Source: Gemmatimonadota bacterium
GTDB taxonomy: Bacteria > Gemmatimonadota > Gemmatimonadetes > Gemmatimonadales > GWC2-71-9
Direction: 5' to 3'
Assembly (NCBI GenBank): GCA_039586815.1
Contig: JBDHJR010000019.1
Span: 7,594-71,593, forward strand
DNA: 64,000 bases
Part shown: one piece after another, positions 47,009 to 56,886 of the stretch
Position numbering within the stretch: position 1 is the stretch's first letter
Layout of the letters: each line of letters starts with the position of its first letter
The notes under the pieces: model-generated
What the model was told of the DNA's origin: nothing
The model's input: only the letters and a program-made list of their open reading frames with translations
Database searches by the model: none
Program-made: the position numbers and the translations under genes

Positions 47009-48291
47009 CAGCCGAACACCTCGTGTACGCGATGGACCGCCCGCACCAGCGCATCCACCTCGTCTCGCGTGTTGTAGAACGCAAAGGACGCCCGCGCGGT
47101 CGCGGGCACGCCGAGTCGCTCCATCACGGGCTGCGTACAGTGATGGCCTGTGCGAATTGCGATACCCTCCTTGTCCAGAATCGTCCCGACGTCGTGCGCG
47201 TGCACGCCATCGAGCACGAAGGACACGACACTCGCCTTCTCCCTCGCCGTACCCAGGACGTGCAGCCCGGGGATGGCCTCGAGCGACTCGGTGGCGTACC
47301 GCAACAGGTCGCCCTCGTGGGCCTGAACCGCCTCCCACGACATCCCGTTGAGGTAGTCGACCGCTGCACCCAGCCCGATCGCGCCGGCGATGTTCGGCGT
47401 GCCGGCCTCGAACTTGGCCGGCAGCGGAGCATAGGTCGTCTTGTCGAAGCACACCGAGCGGATCATCTCACCGCCGCCCTGGTAGGGGGGCATTGCGTTG
47501 AGCAACTCGGCCTTGCCGTACAGAATCCCTATCCCGGTCGGACCGAACATCTTGTGGCCCGAAACGGCGTAGAAGTCGCAGTCCAAGTCCTGCACGTCCA
47601 CTGCCATGTGAGGTGCGGCCTGGGCTCCGTCCACCAACACCGGGATGTTGTGGCCGTGCGCGATCGCCACCATCTCCTTGATGGGGTTGATCGTGCCCAA
47701 GGAGTTCGAGACGTGCACCAGGGCGACGAGCTTCGTCTTGGGACTCAGCAGCTTTTCGAACTCGTCCAGCTCCAGCTCGCCCGCGTCCGTCATCGGGATT
47801 ACGCGCAGCCGGGCCCGGGTCGCCTCGCACACGATCTGCCACGGCACGATGTTGGAGTGGTGCTCCATGGCGGAGATCACCACCTCGTCGCCGGCGGCGA
47901 AGCTGGTGCGGCCGTAGGAGTGAGCCACCAGGTTGACCGCCTCCGTAACGCCCCGCACGAATACGACCTCGTGAGGCTGTGCCGCATTGATGAAGCGTTG
48001 CAGCTTCACCCTCGACCCCTCGTATGCCTCGGTGGCCTGCTGGCTCAGCTTGTACACGCCGCGGTGAATGTTGGCGTTGTACCCCTCGTAGTACTGAACC
48101 AGCGCATCCACAACGGCACGCGGCTTCTGCGTGGTGGCGGCGTTGTCGAGGTACGCCAGCGGCTTCCCGTCCCGTTGCTGCTTGAGCAGCGGGAAATCCG
48201 CCCTGACCCGCGCCACGTCCAGCGTGGGGCGCGCCGCGTTCGGTGCGGCGGTCGCGGCAGTGGTGGAAGCCTGGCGCACCATCATCCTCAC
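47008..48291 (-). CDS. sufS: Cysteine desulfurase SufS (group II)
   Basis: 427 aa. AYLDNAATTQKP, SGHKMFGPTGIG (PLP lysine), RTGHHCTQP (catalytic Cys). Confidence 0.95.
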   Translation of the reverse strand: MRMMVRQASTTAATAAPNAARPTLDVARVRADFPLLKQQRDGKPLAYLDNAATTQKPRAVVDALVQYYEGYNANIHRGVYKLSQQATEAYEGSRVKLQRFINAAQPHEVVFVRGVTEAVNLVAHSYGRTSFAAGDEVVISAMEHHSNIVPWQIVCEATRARLRVIPMTDAGELELDEFEKLLSPKTKLVALVHVSNSLGTINPIKEMVAIAHGHNIPVLVDGAQAAPHMAVDVQDLDCDFYAVSGHKMFGPTGIGILYGKAELLNAMPPYQGGGEMIRSVCFDKTTYAPLPAKFEAGTPNIAGAIGLGAAVDYLNGMSWEAVQAHEGDLLRYATESLEAIPGLHVLGTAREKASVVSFVLDGVHAHDVGTILDKEGIAIRTGHHCTQPVMERLGVPATARASFAFYNTRDEVDALVRAVHRVHEVFG

Positions 48292-49622
48292 CCGGTGAGC
48301 CGGTCCTTTACGATTCGGTCCAGCTGCTGCTTCAACTCGTCCAACTTGACCGCCTCCAGGATCTCCGAGCCGAACCCGTAGGTGAGCAGCCGCCGCGCTT
48401 CCTCGCGTGACAGCCCGCGGCTCTGCAGGTAGAACAGGTGGTCATCGTCGATGGGCCCCAGCGTCGCACCGTGCGTGCACTTCACGTCGTCGGCGTAGAT
48501 CTCCAGCTGCGGCTGACTGTCGGCTCGCGCGCTCTCCGAGAGCAACAGGTTGTTGTTGGTCTGCTTGGAATCTGTCTGCTGGGCACCCGGACGTACGATG
48601 ATGCGTCCGGTGAACACCCCGCGGGCCTTCTCGTCGAACACTCCGTTGAAGTACTCCCAACTGGTGCAGTGCGGCTGGGCGTGCTCCAGCGTCGTGTGGT
48701 GATCGGTATGCTGCCGACCCTCGAGCATCGAGAGCCCGTCCAGAGTGCAGTCTGCGCCCTCGCCGTCCAGCACGGCGTTGATGTCTTGCCGTGAGAGCTG
48801 CGCTCCGAGCGTGAAGTTCACCAGCTTGAACACACTGTCACGCCCTTGGTACGACTCGGTCGTGGCGGTGTGGAACGCCCGCTCGCTCTCCCGCTGCACG
48901 CGGTAAGTGTCGACCTTGGCGTTTTCGCCCAGCACCACCTCGGTCACCGCATTCGTCCAATAGGTGGCGTCACCCAGAGCAACGTAGCTCTCCACCACGG
49001 AACCCTGCGCGCCGCGCCCGGCCAGCACCAGGTTGCGCGGATGCCACATGGGGTTGTCTCCGCTCACGGCATCTGCCAGGAACAGCAGCTGCAACGGCTG
49101 CTCCAGCACGACGTCGTCCGGCAGGTAGGCGAAACCACCGTCGGAGATGAATGCGGTGGACAGGGCGGTCAGCGGATTCCGGTCGTCCTTGGCATATCGA
49201 GCCAGGTGCGCTTCCAACAGCTCCGCGTCGCTCTCGAGCGCGACGCGCAGGCTCCCCAGCTTCACACCATCGGGCAGCCGCTCCAGTGACGACAGCTCGG
49301 GAACGAAGTGGCCATTCACGAACACAGCGGCGTGGCGATCGGCCCCGCCCAGCAGCAGCGACTCCGCTGCTTGCCGCGCTGCGGGGCTCACCTCCGGCCG
49401 GCCGGCCAAGGTGAATTCCTCGCCGGCGATCGGCTTCACATCGGTGAAGCGCCACGCCTCCTGGCGGGAGTGCGGCAGCCCGGTCTCCGCAAAACGGGTG
49501 ATGGCAGACTCGCGCTTGGCCTTCAGCCAGGCCGGTGCACCGCTCGCCCCGTTGCCGGCGAACGACTCGAACTCCGCCACGAAGCGCTCGGTGGCGCTCC
49601 TCACTTCGCCGGATCGCGTCAT
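48288..49622 (-). CDS. sufD: Fe-S cluster assembly protein SufD
   Basis: ATG at 49622 overlaps the sufC stop (ATGA). C-terminal SufD beta-helix pattern (KCTHGATLGPIDDDHLFYLQSRGL). Confidence 0.9.
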   Translation of the reverse strand: MTRSGEVRSATERFVAEFESFAGNGASGAPAWLKAKRESAITRFAETGLPHSRQEAWRFTDVKPIAGEEFTLAGRPEVSPAARQAAESLLLGGADRHAAVFVNGHFVPELSSLERLPDGVKLGSLRVALESDAELLEAHLARYAKDDRNPLTALSTAFISDGGFAYLPDDVVLEQPLQLLFLADAVSGDNPMWHPRNLVLAGRGAQGSVVESYVALGDATYWTNAVTEVVLGENAKVDTYRVQRESERAFHTATTESYQGRDSVFKLVNFTLGAQLSRQDINAVLDGEGADCTLDGLSMLEGRQHTDHHTTLEHAQPHCTSWEYFNGVFDEKARGVFTGRIIVRPGAQQTDSKQTNNNLLLSESARADSQPQLEIYADDVKCTHGATLGPIDDDHLFYLQSRGLSREEARRLLTYGFGSEILEAVKLDELKQQLDRIVKDRLTG

Positions 49623-50380
49623 CCTGCGACCGCCGCGGCTTCGCCGCCGATCCAATCGTAGCCCTTGGCCTCGAGCTCGAGAGCGAGCTTCATGTCGCCC
49701 GACATGACCACCTTGCCACCGGCCAGGACGTGCACGTGGTCCGGCGTGAAGTAGTTTAGGATCCGCTCGTAGTGGGTCACCACCACGAACGAACGGTCCT
49801 CGCTGCGGAGCGCGTTAACCGCAGCGGCGACTTCCTTCACAGCGTCGATGTCCAGGCCGGAATCGGTCTCGTCCAGGATCGCGAGCTTCGGCTCCAGCAC
49901 CGCCAGCTGCAGGATCTCGTTGCGCTTCTTCTCACCGCCCGAGAATCCGTCGTTCACCGCTCTGTGGATCAGGCTGTCATCCCAGCCGATCATTTCCAGC
50001 TTCTTTTCCAGCAGGTCGGCGAAATCCAGGGTGTCGAGCTCCTCGAGGCCCTGCTCCTTGCGGACGGAGTTGAGCGCCGACTGCAGGAAGTACGCGTTTG
50101 TGATTCCCCGGATCGCGACGGGGTACTGGAACGCCAGGAACAGGCCGGCCCGCGCGCGCTCGTCGGCATCCATCTCGAGGAGATCCTTGCCATCGAACGA
50201 GACCGATCCATCGGTCACTTCGTACGCGGGGTGCCCGGCGAGCACCTGGGCAAAGGTGCTCTTGCCGGACCCGTTGGGGCCCATGATGGCGTGCACCTCT
50301 CCCGGCTTCACATTCAGTTCGACGCCCTTGAGGATCTCGATTCCCTCGACGCCGGCATGCAGGTTCTTTACTTCGAGCAT
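49619..50380 (-). CDS. sufC: Fe-S cluster assembly ATPase SufC
   Basis: GPNGSGKST, FSGGEKKRNEILQ, LAILDETDSGLD. Confidence 0.97.
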   Translation of the reverse strand: MLEVKNLHAGVEGIEILKGVELNVKPGEVHAIMGPNGSGKSTFAQVLAGHPAYEVTDGSVSFDGKDLLEMDADERARAGLFLAFQYPVAIRGITNAYFLQSALNSVRKEQGLEELDTLDFADLLEKKLEMIGWDDSLIHRAVNDGFSGGEKKRNEILQLAVLEPKLAILDETDSGLDIDAVKEVAAAVNALRSEDRSFVVVTHYERILNYFTPDHVHVLAGGKVVMSGDMKLALELEAKGYDWIGGEAAAVAG

Positions 50381-50406
50381 GTGCTTCCGTTCTCCCGATT
50401 CAAGCG

Positions 50407-51845
<1,439 letters not shown>

Positions 51846-51846
<1 letters not shown>

Positions 51847-52505
51847 CAAGACTCCTCTTGGCCCCGCTTCGGGGCGATGGAATACTGACAGCTGTTGCAT
51901 CCGTCCGGGATGTACTGATCGCGCGTCACGTCGCTCTGCAGCACCTCGCGCAGGAACTCGGCCTCGGCGGCACAGATCTCGGGGAATTGTTCCGCGGCTG
52001 CCTGGAACGCGCAGTTGTGCTCGGCCAGACGCAGCGCGTCCGGCTCCGCCGACCACGCCGCCATGAACCCTTGCTGCGACAGCAGCTCCACGACGGCCTG
52101 GACCTTCTCCTCGATCGTCACGTCAGCCAGCTCGGCACGCATCCGCTCTGCCTGGACCCTGAACCGTTCCGCGAACATCTCGTGCACGGCCTCCCGCCCG
52201 TTGGCTTGGGCGATGAACGAGAGAACGTGGGTCAGCGCCTCGCCGTACTGCTTGGGAAAGAGCGCCTCCGCGTTGGCACTCAAGCGGTAGGTATAGGTCG
52301 GCGCCCCCGTGCCGCGCTGCTCCCTCCCGTACTCGACCAACCCCTCCGCCTCGAGCTCCTTGAGGTGTCGCCGAATCGCGTTGGCCGAGACGCCGAAGAC
52401 GTCGGCCAGCTCCTTCGCCGTTGCAGGCTGCGTCTTCTTGAGCTGGAGCAGGACCTCACCACGGAGACCCTTGTGACCAGCCAGACCGGGAGTAATCGGG
52501 TTCAT
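51846..52505 (-). CDS. sufR: SufR-like Fe-S-sensing transcriptional repressor (ArsR/DeoR-type wHTH with a C-terminal Cys cluster)
   Basis: w[34 protein letters not shown]-terminal cysteines (HNCAF, ICAAE, GCNSC). First gene of the suf operon. Confidence 0.8.
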
Positions 52506-52550
52506 AGGGCAGGAATCCTAACACAGGGGAACCGGTTTGCGCAACTAATT

Positions 52551-52564
52551 CAACGCTTTTGTTG
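52551..52564. promoter_or_regulatory. CAAC-N6-GTTG inverted repeat upstream of sufR (candidate SufR operator)
   Basis: CAACgcttttGTTG lies 46-59 nt upstream of the sufR ATG. It has the same half-site architecture as I recall being reported for cyanobacterial SufR operators. An additional CAAC half-site is at 52542-52545. Confidence 0.4.
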
Positions 52565-52665
52565 GTGATCTGGTGCCCGCGAGCCCGCGACAAGCGCGGC
52601 GCTGTGGAGTTGCGATATTGCGTTAGTTGGTAAAGGGCTACGTATCAAGGACTTAACGACTGGGG

Positions 52666-52694
52666 TTGACGCAGAGTGTCTGGCGCGTTAGAAT
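52666..52694 (+). promoter_or_regulatory. Strong sigma-70-type promoter (TTGACG, 17-nt spacer, TAGAAT)
   Basis: -35 at 52666-52671, exact 17-nt spacer, -10 at 52689-52694. It lies about 32 nt upstream of the first membrane-protein gene. Confidence 0.5.
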
Positions 52695-52705
52695 GATGGC
52701 AGATT

Positions 52706-52722
52706 AGTTTGTCCTGCAAACT
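52706..52722. promoter_or_regulatory. Inverted repeat AGTTTG-N5-CAAACT between the promoter and the start codon (candidate operator)
   Basis: Perfect 6-bp arms at about +5 to +20 relative to the predicted transcription start. A wHTH regulator is encoded in the same operon. Confidence 0.3.
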
Positions 52723-52725
52723 GGT

Positions 52726-53331
52726 ATGCGAGCCATGACGAATCAAGATCTCAAACGACTCGAGCGCAAGGCCTGGCAGTCCTACCACCAGGACGGGCTG
52801 GCCGAGGTCTTTGTGGGATTGCTCCTGGTGCTGGCGTTTCTCGCGGGGATCTCGGGCGAGCGCCGCTTCTTCGTGTACATCCCGATGCTGCTCACGGGCC
52901 CGGCACTAATCCTGGCCAAGCGCATCATCACGGTCCCGCGCATGGGACAGGTCAAGTTCGGACCGGCACGCAAGGCAAGGCTGCGCAAGCTTCGTACGGT
53001 GGCAATCGTGGCCTTTGCCCTCACGATCGTGCTGCTGGTGATGACCATACTCGGGGTGGACTGGGTCCCGGAGCAGCGCCTGCTGGTGAGCTTCGGCCTC
53101 GGCGCAATGATCGCCCTGCTGTTCGCAGCCGCCGCATACTGGAAGGACTTTCCGCGCATGTACGGCGTCGGGCTGCTCGTCGGCGCCGCGTTCACCGTGA
53201 CCGAGCTACTCGACTCGCCGGTCCCTCTGCTCGTAGCAGGCGGGATACTGATGGCGGTGGGCCTCGTCATCCTCACCTCGTTCCTGCGCAAGTACCCGAT
53301 ACCCGCGGTACGACCGGGTGGAACGTCGTAG
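52726..53331 (+). CDS. Integral membrane protein of unknown function (about 6 TM), paralogue 1
   Basis: Start at ATG 52726 or 52735. Shares LKRLERKAW, HQDGL and ITVPRMGQVKFGPAR motifs and a RKYPIP C-terminus with the next gene. Confidence 0.75.
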   Translation: MRAMTNQDLKRLERKAWQSYHQDGLAEVFVGLLLVLAFLAGISGERRFFVYIPMLLTGPALILAKRIITVPRMGQVKFGPARKARLRKLRTVAIVAFALTIVLLVMTILGVDWVPEQRLLVSFGLGAMIALLFAAAAYWKDFPRMYGVGLLVGAAFTVTELLDSPVPLLVAGGILMAVGLVILTSFLRKYPIPAVRPGGTS

Positions 53332-53387
53332 GGCGGCGTTGGAGGCCCCTCGCGCAACGGCCTGGAGATCCTAACCCGAGCCTGGAG

Positions 53388-54014
53388 ATGACTGTGTCGG
53401 GCCAACCCAACCTGAAAGAACTCGAGCGACGGGCCTGGCGGTCGATGCACGAGGACGGCCTCTGGGAGTTGTTCCTCGGGACGCTGCTGCTCGTTCTCTA
53501 TGTCACTACGCTCGTCGAGGGCGCAGGCTGGCAGCTAGGTGTCAACCTGGTGTTGACGATAGGCCTCGTCGTGCTCGCGAAAGTCGCCAAGCGGACCATC
53601 ACCATTCCACGCATGGGCGTGGCGAAGTTCGGTCACGCACGCCGCCAGAAGCGGAAGAAGACCACGGTGTTGTTGCTCTTCTCGGCGGTTTTCGGCGCAG
53701 GACTCGCGTTCGCCCTCGGGTCGGGCACCGGCCTCTCGAACTGGATGCGCTCCAACGTGGAGCTGTTCAACGTCTTCGCCGGAGCGTGGGTGTTGGTCGT
53801 GTTCGGCGGGATGGCGTACTGGCTCGACCTCCCACGCTTGCTGTTCGTCGGCCTGGCGTATGCTCTCGTCTTCTCCCACATCCTTCCCGTGAGTACGGCC
53901 ATGATCGCGCTCGTCGGTGGCACGATCACAACGGTGTTTGGACTCATCATGCTGATCCGGTTCATGCGCAAGTATCCGCTCCCGAATGGGGCCGAGCTCC
54001 ATGACAACGGATGA
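53388..54014 (+). CDS. Integral membrane protein of unknown function (about 6 TM), paralogue 2
   Basis: LKELERRAW, HEDGL, ITIPRMGVAKFGHAR, RKYPLP. The hydrophobic profile is collinear with 52726..53331. Confidence 0.75.
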   Translation: MTVSGQPNLKELERRAWRSMHEDGLWELFLGTLLLVLYVTTLVEGAGWQLGVNLVLTIGLVVLAKVAKRTITIPRMGVAKFGHARRQKRKKTTVLLLFSAVFGAGLAFALGSGTGLSNWMRSNVELFNVFAGAWVLVVFGGMAYWLDLPRLLFVGLAYALVFSHILPVSTAMIALVGGTITTVFGLIMLIRFMRKYPLPNGAELHDNG

Positions 54015-54333
54015 GCACGACACCCGCGGCACAATGCCGCCGTGGGAGATCGACCGCCTGATCCACGAGCCGGCGAGGCTCATGATCATGTCGTATCTCT
54101 TCGTGGTGGAGAGCGCGGACTTCCTGTTCCTCATGCGCCAGACGGGAATGACGCAGGGCAACCTCTCCTCGCACCTCAGCAAGCTGGAGCAGGCCGGCTA
54201 CATTGAGGTCGAGAAGAAGTTCGTTGGCAAGAAACCGCGCACCATGATCCGGGCAACTGGCCCAGGGCGCGAGGCGTTCCAGGATTACCGGCAGCGCATG
54301 GAACGGATCTTCGAGGAGTCGAAAGGGGAATGA
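54001..54333 (+). CDS. Winged-helix transcriptional regulator (HTH_34 / ArsR-MarR-like)
   Basis: ATG at 54001 overlaps the upstream gene by 14 nt. IHEPARLMIMSYL...MTQGNLSSHLSKLEQAGYIEVEK is a typical wHTH. Confidence 0.8.
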   Translation: MTTDEHDTRGTMPPWEIDRLIHEPARLMIMSYLFVVESADFLFLMRQTGMTQGNLSSHLSKLEQAGYIEVEKKFVGKKPRTMIRATGPGREAFQDYRQRMERIFEESKGE

Positions 54334-54337
54334 CGAC

Positions 54338-55591
54338 GTGATGACATCCGGAATTATTCGCGGCACGGCCGCGGCGGCGCTGCTCGCCAGCCTTGCGGCT
54401 GCCTGCGTCGGTGGTGAGCGCGAATGGGCGGGCACCGTCACCGACAGTGCGGGAATCCAGATGGTCTCCAACCCCGACCGGGGCGTGTGGACCTCGGGGA
54501 CGCAGTGGACGGTGGAGGAGGAAGTCCGCATTGGCACGATCGAAGGCGATCCCAACTACCAGTTCGGACAGATCGGCTTCCTGGCCGTGGGCTCGAACGG
54601 AAACATCTTCGTGCTCGACGGCCAGGCACAGCACATCAAGGTATTTGGAGCCGACGGGGAATTTCGGCACACCATCAGCCAGCCGGGCAGCGGGCCGGGA
54701 GAGATCGGCGCCGGCGCCCTATTCGTCTTCACCGGTCCGGGGGACACGCTCATCGTGCCCGACATGGCCAACCAGCGCGTGAACCTGTTCCTGCCCGACG
54801 GCTCCGACGCGGGGAGCTTCCCGCTCACGCTCGCGGAGGGGCTCCCGATGCTGTTCCAGACGACGAGCGCCGGCGAGCTCGTGATGCAGCGACGCCCGAT
54901 GCCCGCGCCCAACCAGCCCGTGCGCGACTCGCTGGATGCGATCGTCGTCATCAACACAGCCGGAACGATCTCCGACACGGTCATGAAGTTCCCGTCGGGC
55001 AGGACGTTCCAGATGAGCGGGGGAACACCCGAGATCAACCTGTACGCCACCGAGTCGGTGTGGCGCGTTACCGACGACCTCAAGCTCCTGTACGCCACCA
55101 ACGACGACTACCGCGTCGGTGTTTACTCGAGTGAAGGCACGGCCGAGCGCATCGTCACGAAGCCGTTCGAGCGCAAGTCGGTGAGCGAGCGGGACCAGGA
55201 GGCGGTGATGGGCTTCCTCGAGCGGGCGTGGGCCGATGCCGGTGTGCCACCTAGTGTCATGCCGCAGCTCCGCAACCTGGTCCACTTCGGTGAGTTCTTC
55301 CCGGCGTTCAGCGCGATCCAGCTCGGCCCGCAGGGCACCATCTGGGTGCAGCAGGTGCAGGCGGCTTCCGAGCTGAGCGACGAGGAGTTGGAGCAGTACA
55401 ACATCCTCGAGGACACGGGCGCACCCGAGTGGGACGTGTTCGACTCCGCAGGGAGATTGCTGGGAGTGGTATCGATGCCGAAGCGCTTCGCGCCGCGCGT
55501 GTTCGCCGGCGACAAGATCTATGGAGTGTGGCGCGACGATCTAGACGTGCAGTACGTAATACGTCTGCGGGTGGTGGATCCGGCTACCTAG
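54338..55591 (+). CDS. Lipoprotein, 6-bladed beta-propeller (NHL-like) family
   Basis: GTG 54338 / ATG 54341, 4 nt after the regulator stop. Lipobox LASLAAAC. Repeated blade-like segments (GNIFVLDGQAQHIKVFGADGEF; DTLIVPDMANQRVNLF; KIYGVWRD). Confidence 0.75.
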   Translation: MMTSGIIRGTAAAALLASLAAACVGGEREWAGTVTDSAGIQMVSNPDRGVWTSGTQWTVEEEVRIGTIEGDPNYQFGQIGFLAVGSNGNIFVLDGQAQHIKVFGADGEFRHTISQPGSGPGEIGAGALFVFTGPGDTLIVPDMANQRVNLFLPDGSDAGSFPLTLAEGLPMLFQTTSAGELVMQRRPMPAPNQPVRDSLDAIVVINTAGTISDTVMKFPSGRTFQMSGGTPEINLYATESVWRVTDDLKLLYATNDDYRVGVYSSEGTAERIVTKPFERKSVSERDQEAVMGFLERAWADAGVPPSVMPQLRNLVHFGEFFPAFSAIQLGPQGTIWVQQVQAASELSDEELEQYNILEDTGAPEWDVFDSAGRLLGVVSMPKRFAPRVFAGDKIYGVWRDDLDVQYVIRLRVVDPAT

Positions 55592-56180
55592 TATCCTCCC
55601 GTAGCAGGAGGTTGCGGTAGGCCTCCGGCGTGTCGATGTCCTCGCCAACCGCCGGATCGTCAACCGGCACCAGGGCGAGCCTCGAGGGGTCCGAGCGCAC
55701 CACGGCTCGGGCCCCTTGGTCTTCCGGAGCGGCGAGAAGCTCCCCGAACACGTCCCTCCCGAAGATCACGGGGTGGCCCCTGCGGCTCCCGTAGCTGGGA
55801 ACCACGATCGGCTCCCCGCCTTCACGAAACCGGTCGAGCAGGGCCTGGACTGTCGATATGGCCACGTGCGGCCGATCCACGTGCCACACCAATGCGCCTT
55901 CAACCGGATGGTTGAGAACGGCCTCGATCCCCACCTTGATGGAGCCCAGCGGACCGCTCTCGGGCGCGGGGTTCCGCAGCACCGTTGCAGCACTCAAGTC
56001 AATAGCTGCCAATATCTTGTCAGCATCGTACCCGAGCACGACGAGGCGCCGCTCGAGCCCCAGGGCACCGCACGCATCGAGGATGGCCTGCAGGAACGAG
56101 CGGCCCCGGTACGGCAACAGCGCCTTCGGCGCCCCCATGCGCTCCGAGGCTCCGCCGGCTGGGATTATGGCAGCGATCAT
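55584..56180 (-). CDS. MobA/MocA-like NTP transferase (molybdenum cofactor nucleotidyltransferase family)
   Basis: IIPAGGASERMGAPKALLPY N-terminal motif; 198 aa. Confidence 0.8.
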   Translation of the reverse strand: MIAAIIPAGGASERMGAPKALLPYRGRSFLQAILDACGALGLERRLVVLGYDADKILAAIDLSAATVLRNPAPESGPLGSIKVGIEAVLNHPVEGALVWHVDRPHVAISTVQALLDRFREGGEPIVVPSYGSRRGHPVIFGRDVFGELLAAPEDQGARAVVRSDPSRLALVPVDDPAVGEDIDTPEAYRNLLLREDTR

Positions 56181-56229
56181 AGGAAAGCCATAGATTGGTG
56201 GCCCCGTTTACGACGGCGCGAGGCAGGTC

Positions 56230-56796
56230 ATGGCAATACGTCCGGTACGGATGTTGGGAGACCCGATACTGCGCGCCCGGTGCGAGCTGGTCAAGAACGT
56301 GAAGTCGCCGGCCGTGCGGGTCGTGGCCGACGACCTGCAGGATACGCTGCGCGACCTCAAGCAGCGCCACGGCACCGGCCGCGGGCTCGCCGCTCCACAG
56401 ATAGGCGCCCCGATGCGCATCATCTACATCGAGGCCGACGAGCCTTGTGTCCTGATCAATCCGGAGATCGAGGACATCGGCACCCACGATTTCCAGGTCT
56501 GGGACGACTGCTTCTCAGTTCCGGACCTCCTGGTACAGGTCCAGCGCGCATACCACATCAGGGTGACGTACAAGGACCTGGCGGGTAAGTCACACGCCAT
56601 CGAAGCCGAAGGAGAGCTCGCCGAGCTGCTGCAGCACGAGATAGACCATCTCGACGGCGTGCTGGTCATCGATCGGCCCGTTGGACTCGACCCATTCTGC
56701 GTCCGCGAAGAGTGGGAGAAGCAGTACGCCGACCGGGGCCGCTACACCGAGCCGAGCCCCAGGACCCTGGTACCGGCGGAGCGTTTGGCGGAGTAG
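56230..56796 (+). CDS. def: Peptide deformylase (divergent motif 2)
   Basis: GRGLAAPQIG (motif 1), DDCFSVP in place of EGCLS (Cys kept), QHEIDHLDG (HExxH). Confidence 0.88.
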   Translation: MAIRPVRMLGDPILRARCELVKNVKSPAVRVVADDLQDTLRDLKQRHGTGRGLAAPQIGAPMRIIYIEADEPCVLINPEIEDIGTHDFQVWDDCFSVPDLLVQVQRAYHIRVTYKDLAGKSHAIEAEGELAELLQHEIDHLDGVLVIDRPVGLDPFCVREEWEKQYADRGRYTEPSPRTLVPAERLAE

Positions 56797-56824
56797 CACC
56801 CAGAGCTACTGCGGCACGGGTAGT

Positions 56825-56874
56825 GGGGAAGGGGGAAAGGTGCGACAGGCCTGACGTACACCTCCCCCTTCCCC
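56825..56874. terminator. G-rich / C-rich long hairpin between convergent genes
   Basis: GGGGAAGGGGG(aa)AGGTG pairs with CACCTCCCCCTTCCCC. That is 16 bp with a 2-nt bulge and a 16-nt loop. No U-tract on either strand. Confidence 0.45.
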
Positions 56875-56886
56875 AATCCCCGGCGT

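Noticed and set aside
47023-48381. 452-aa ORF antisense to sufS; similarly 50596..51888 antisense to sufB, and 44967..45914 and 45179..46171 over the permease gene
   Set aside because: These are shadow ORFs of highly conserved genes. They show GC-rich-genome antisense composition and no recognisable domains.
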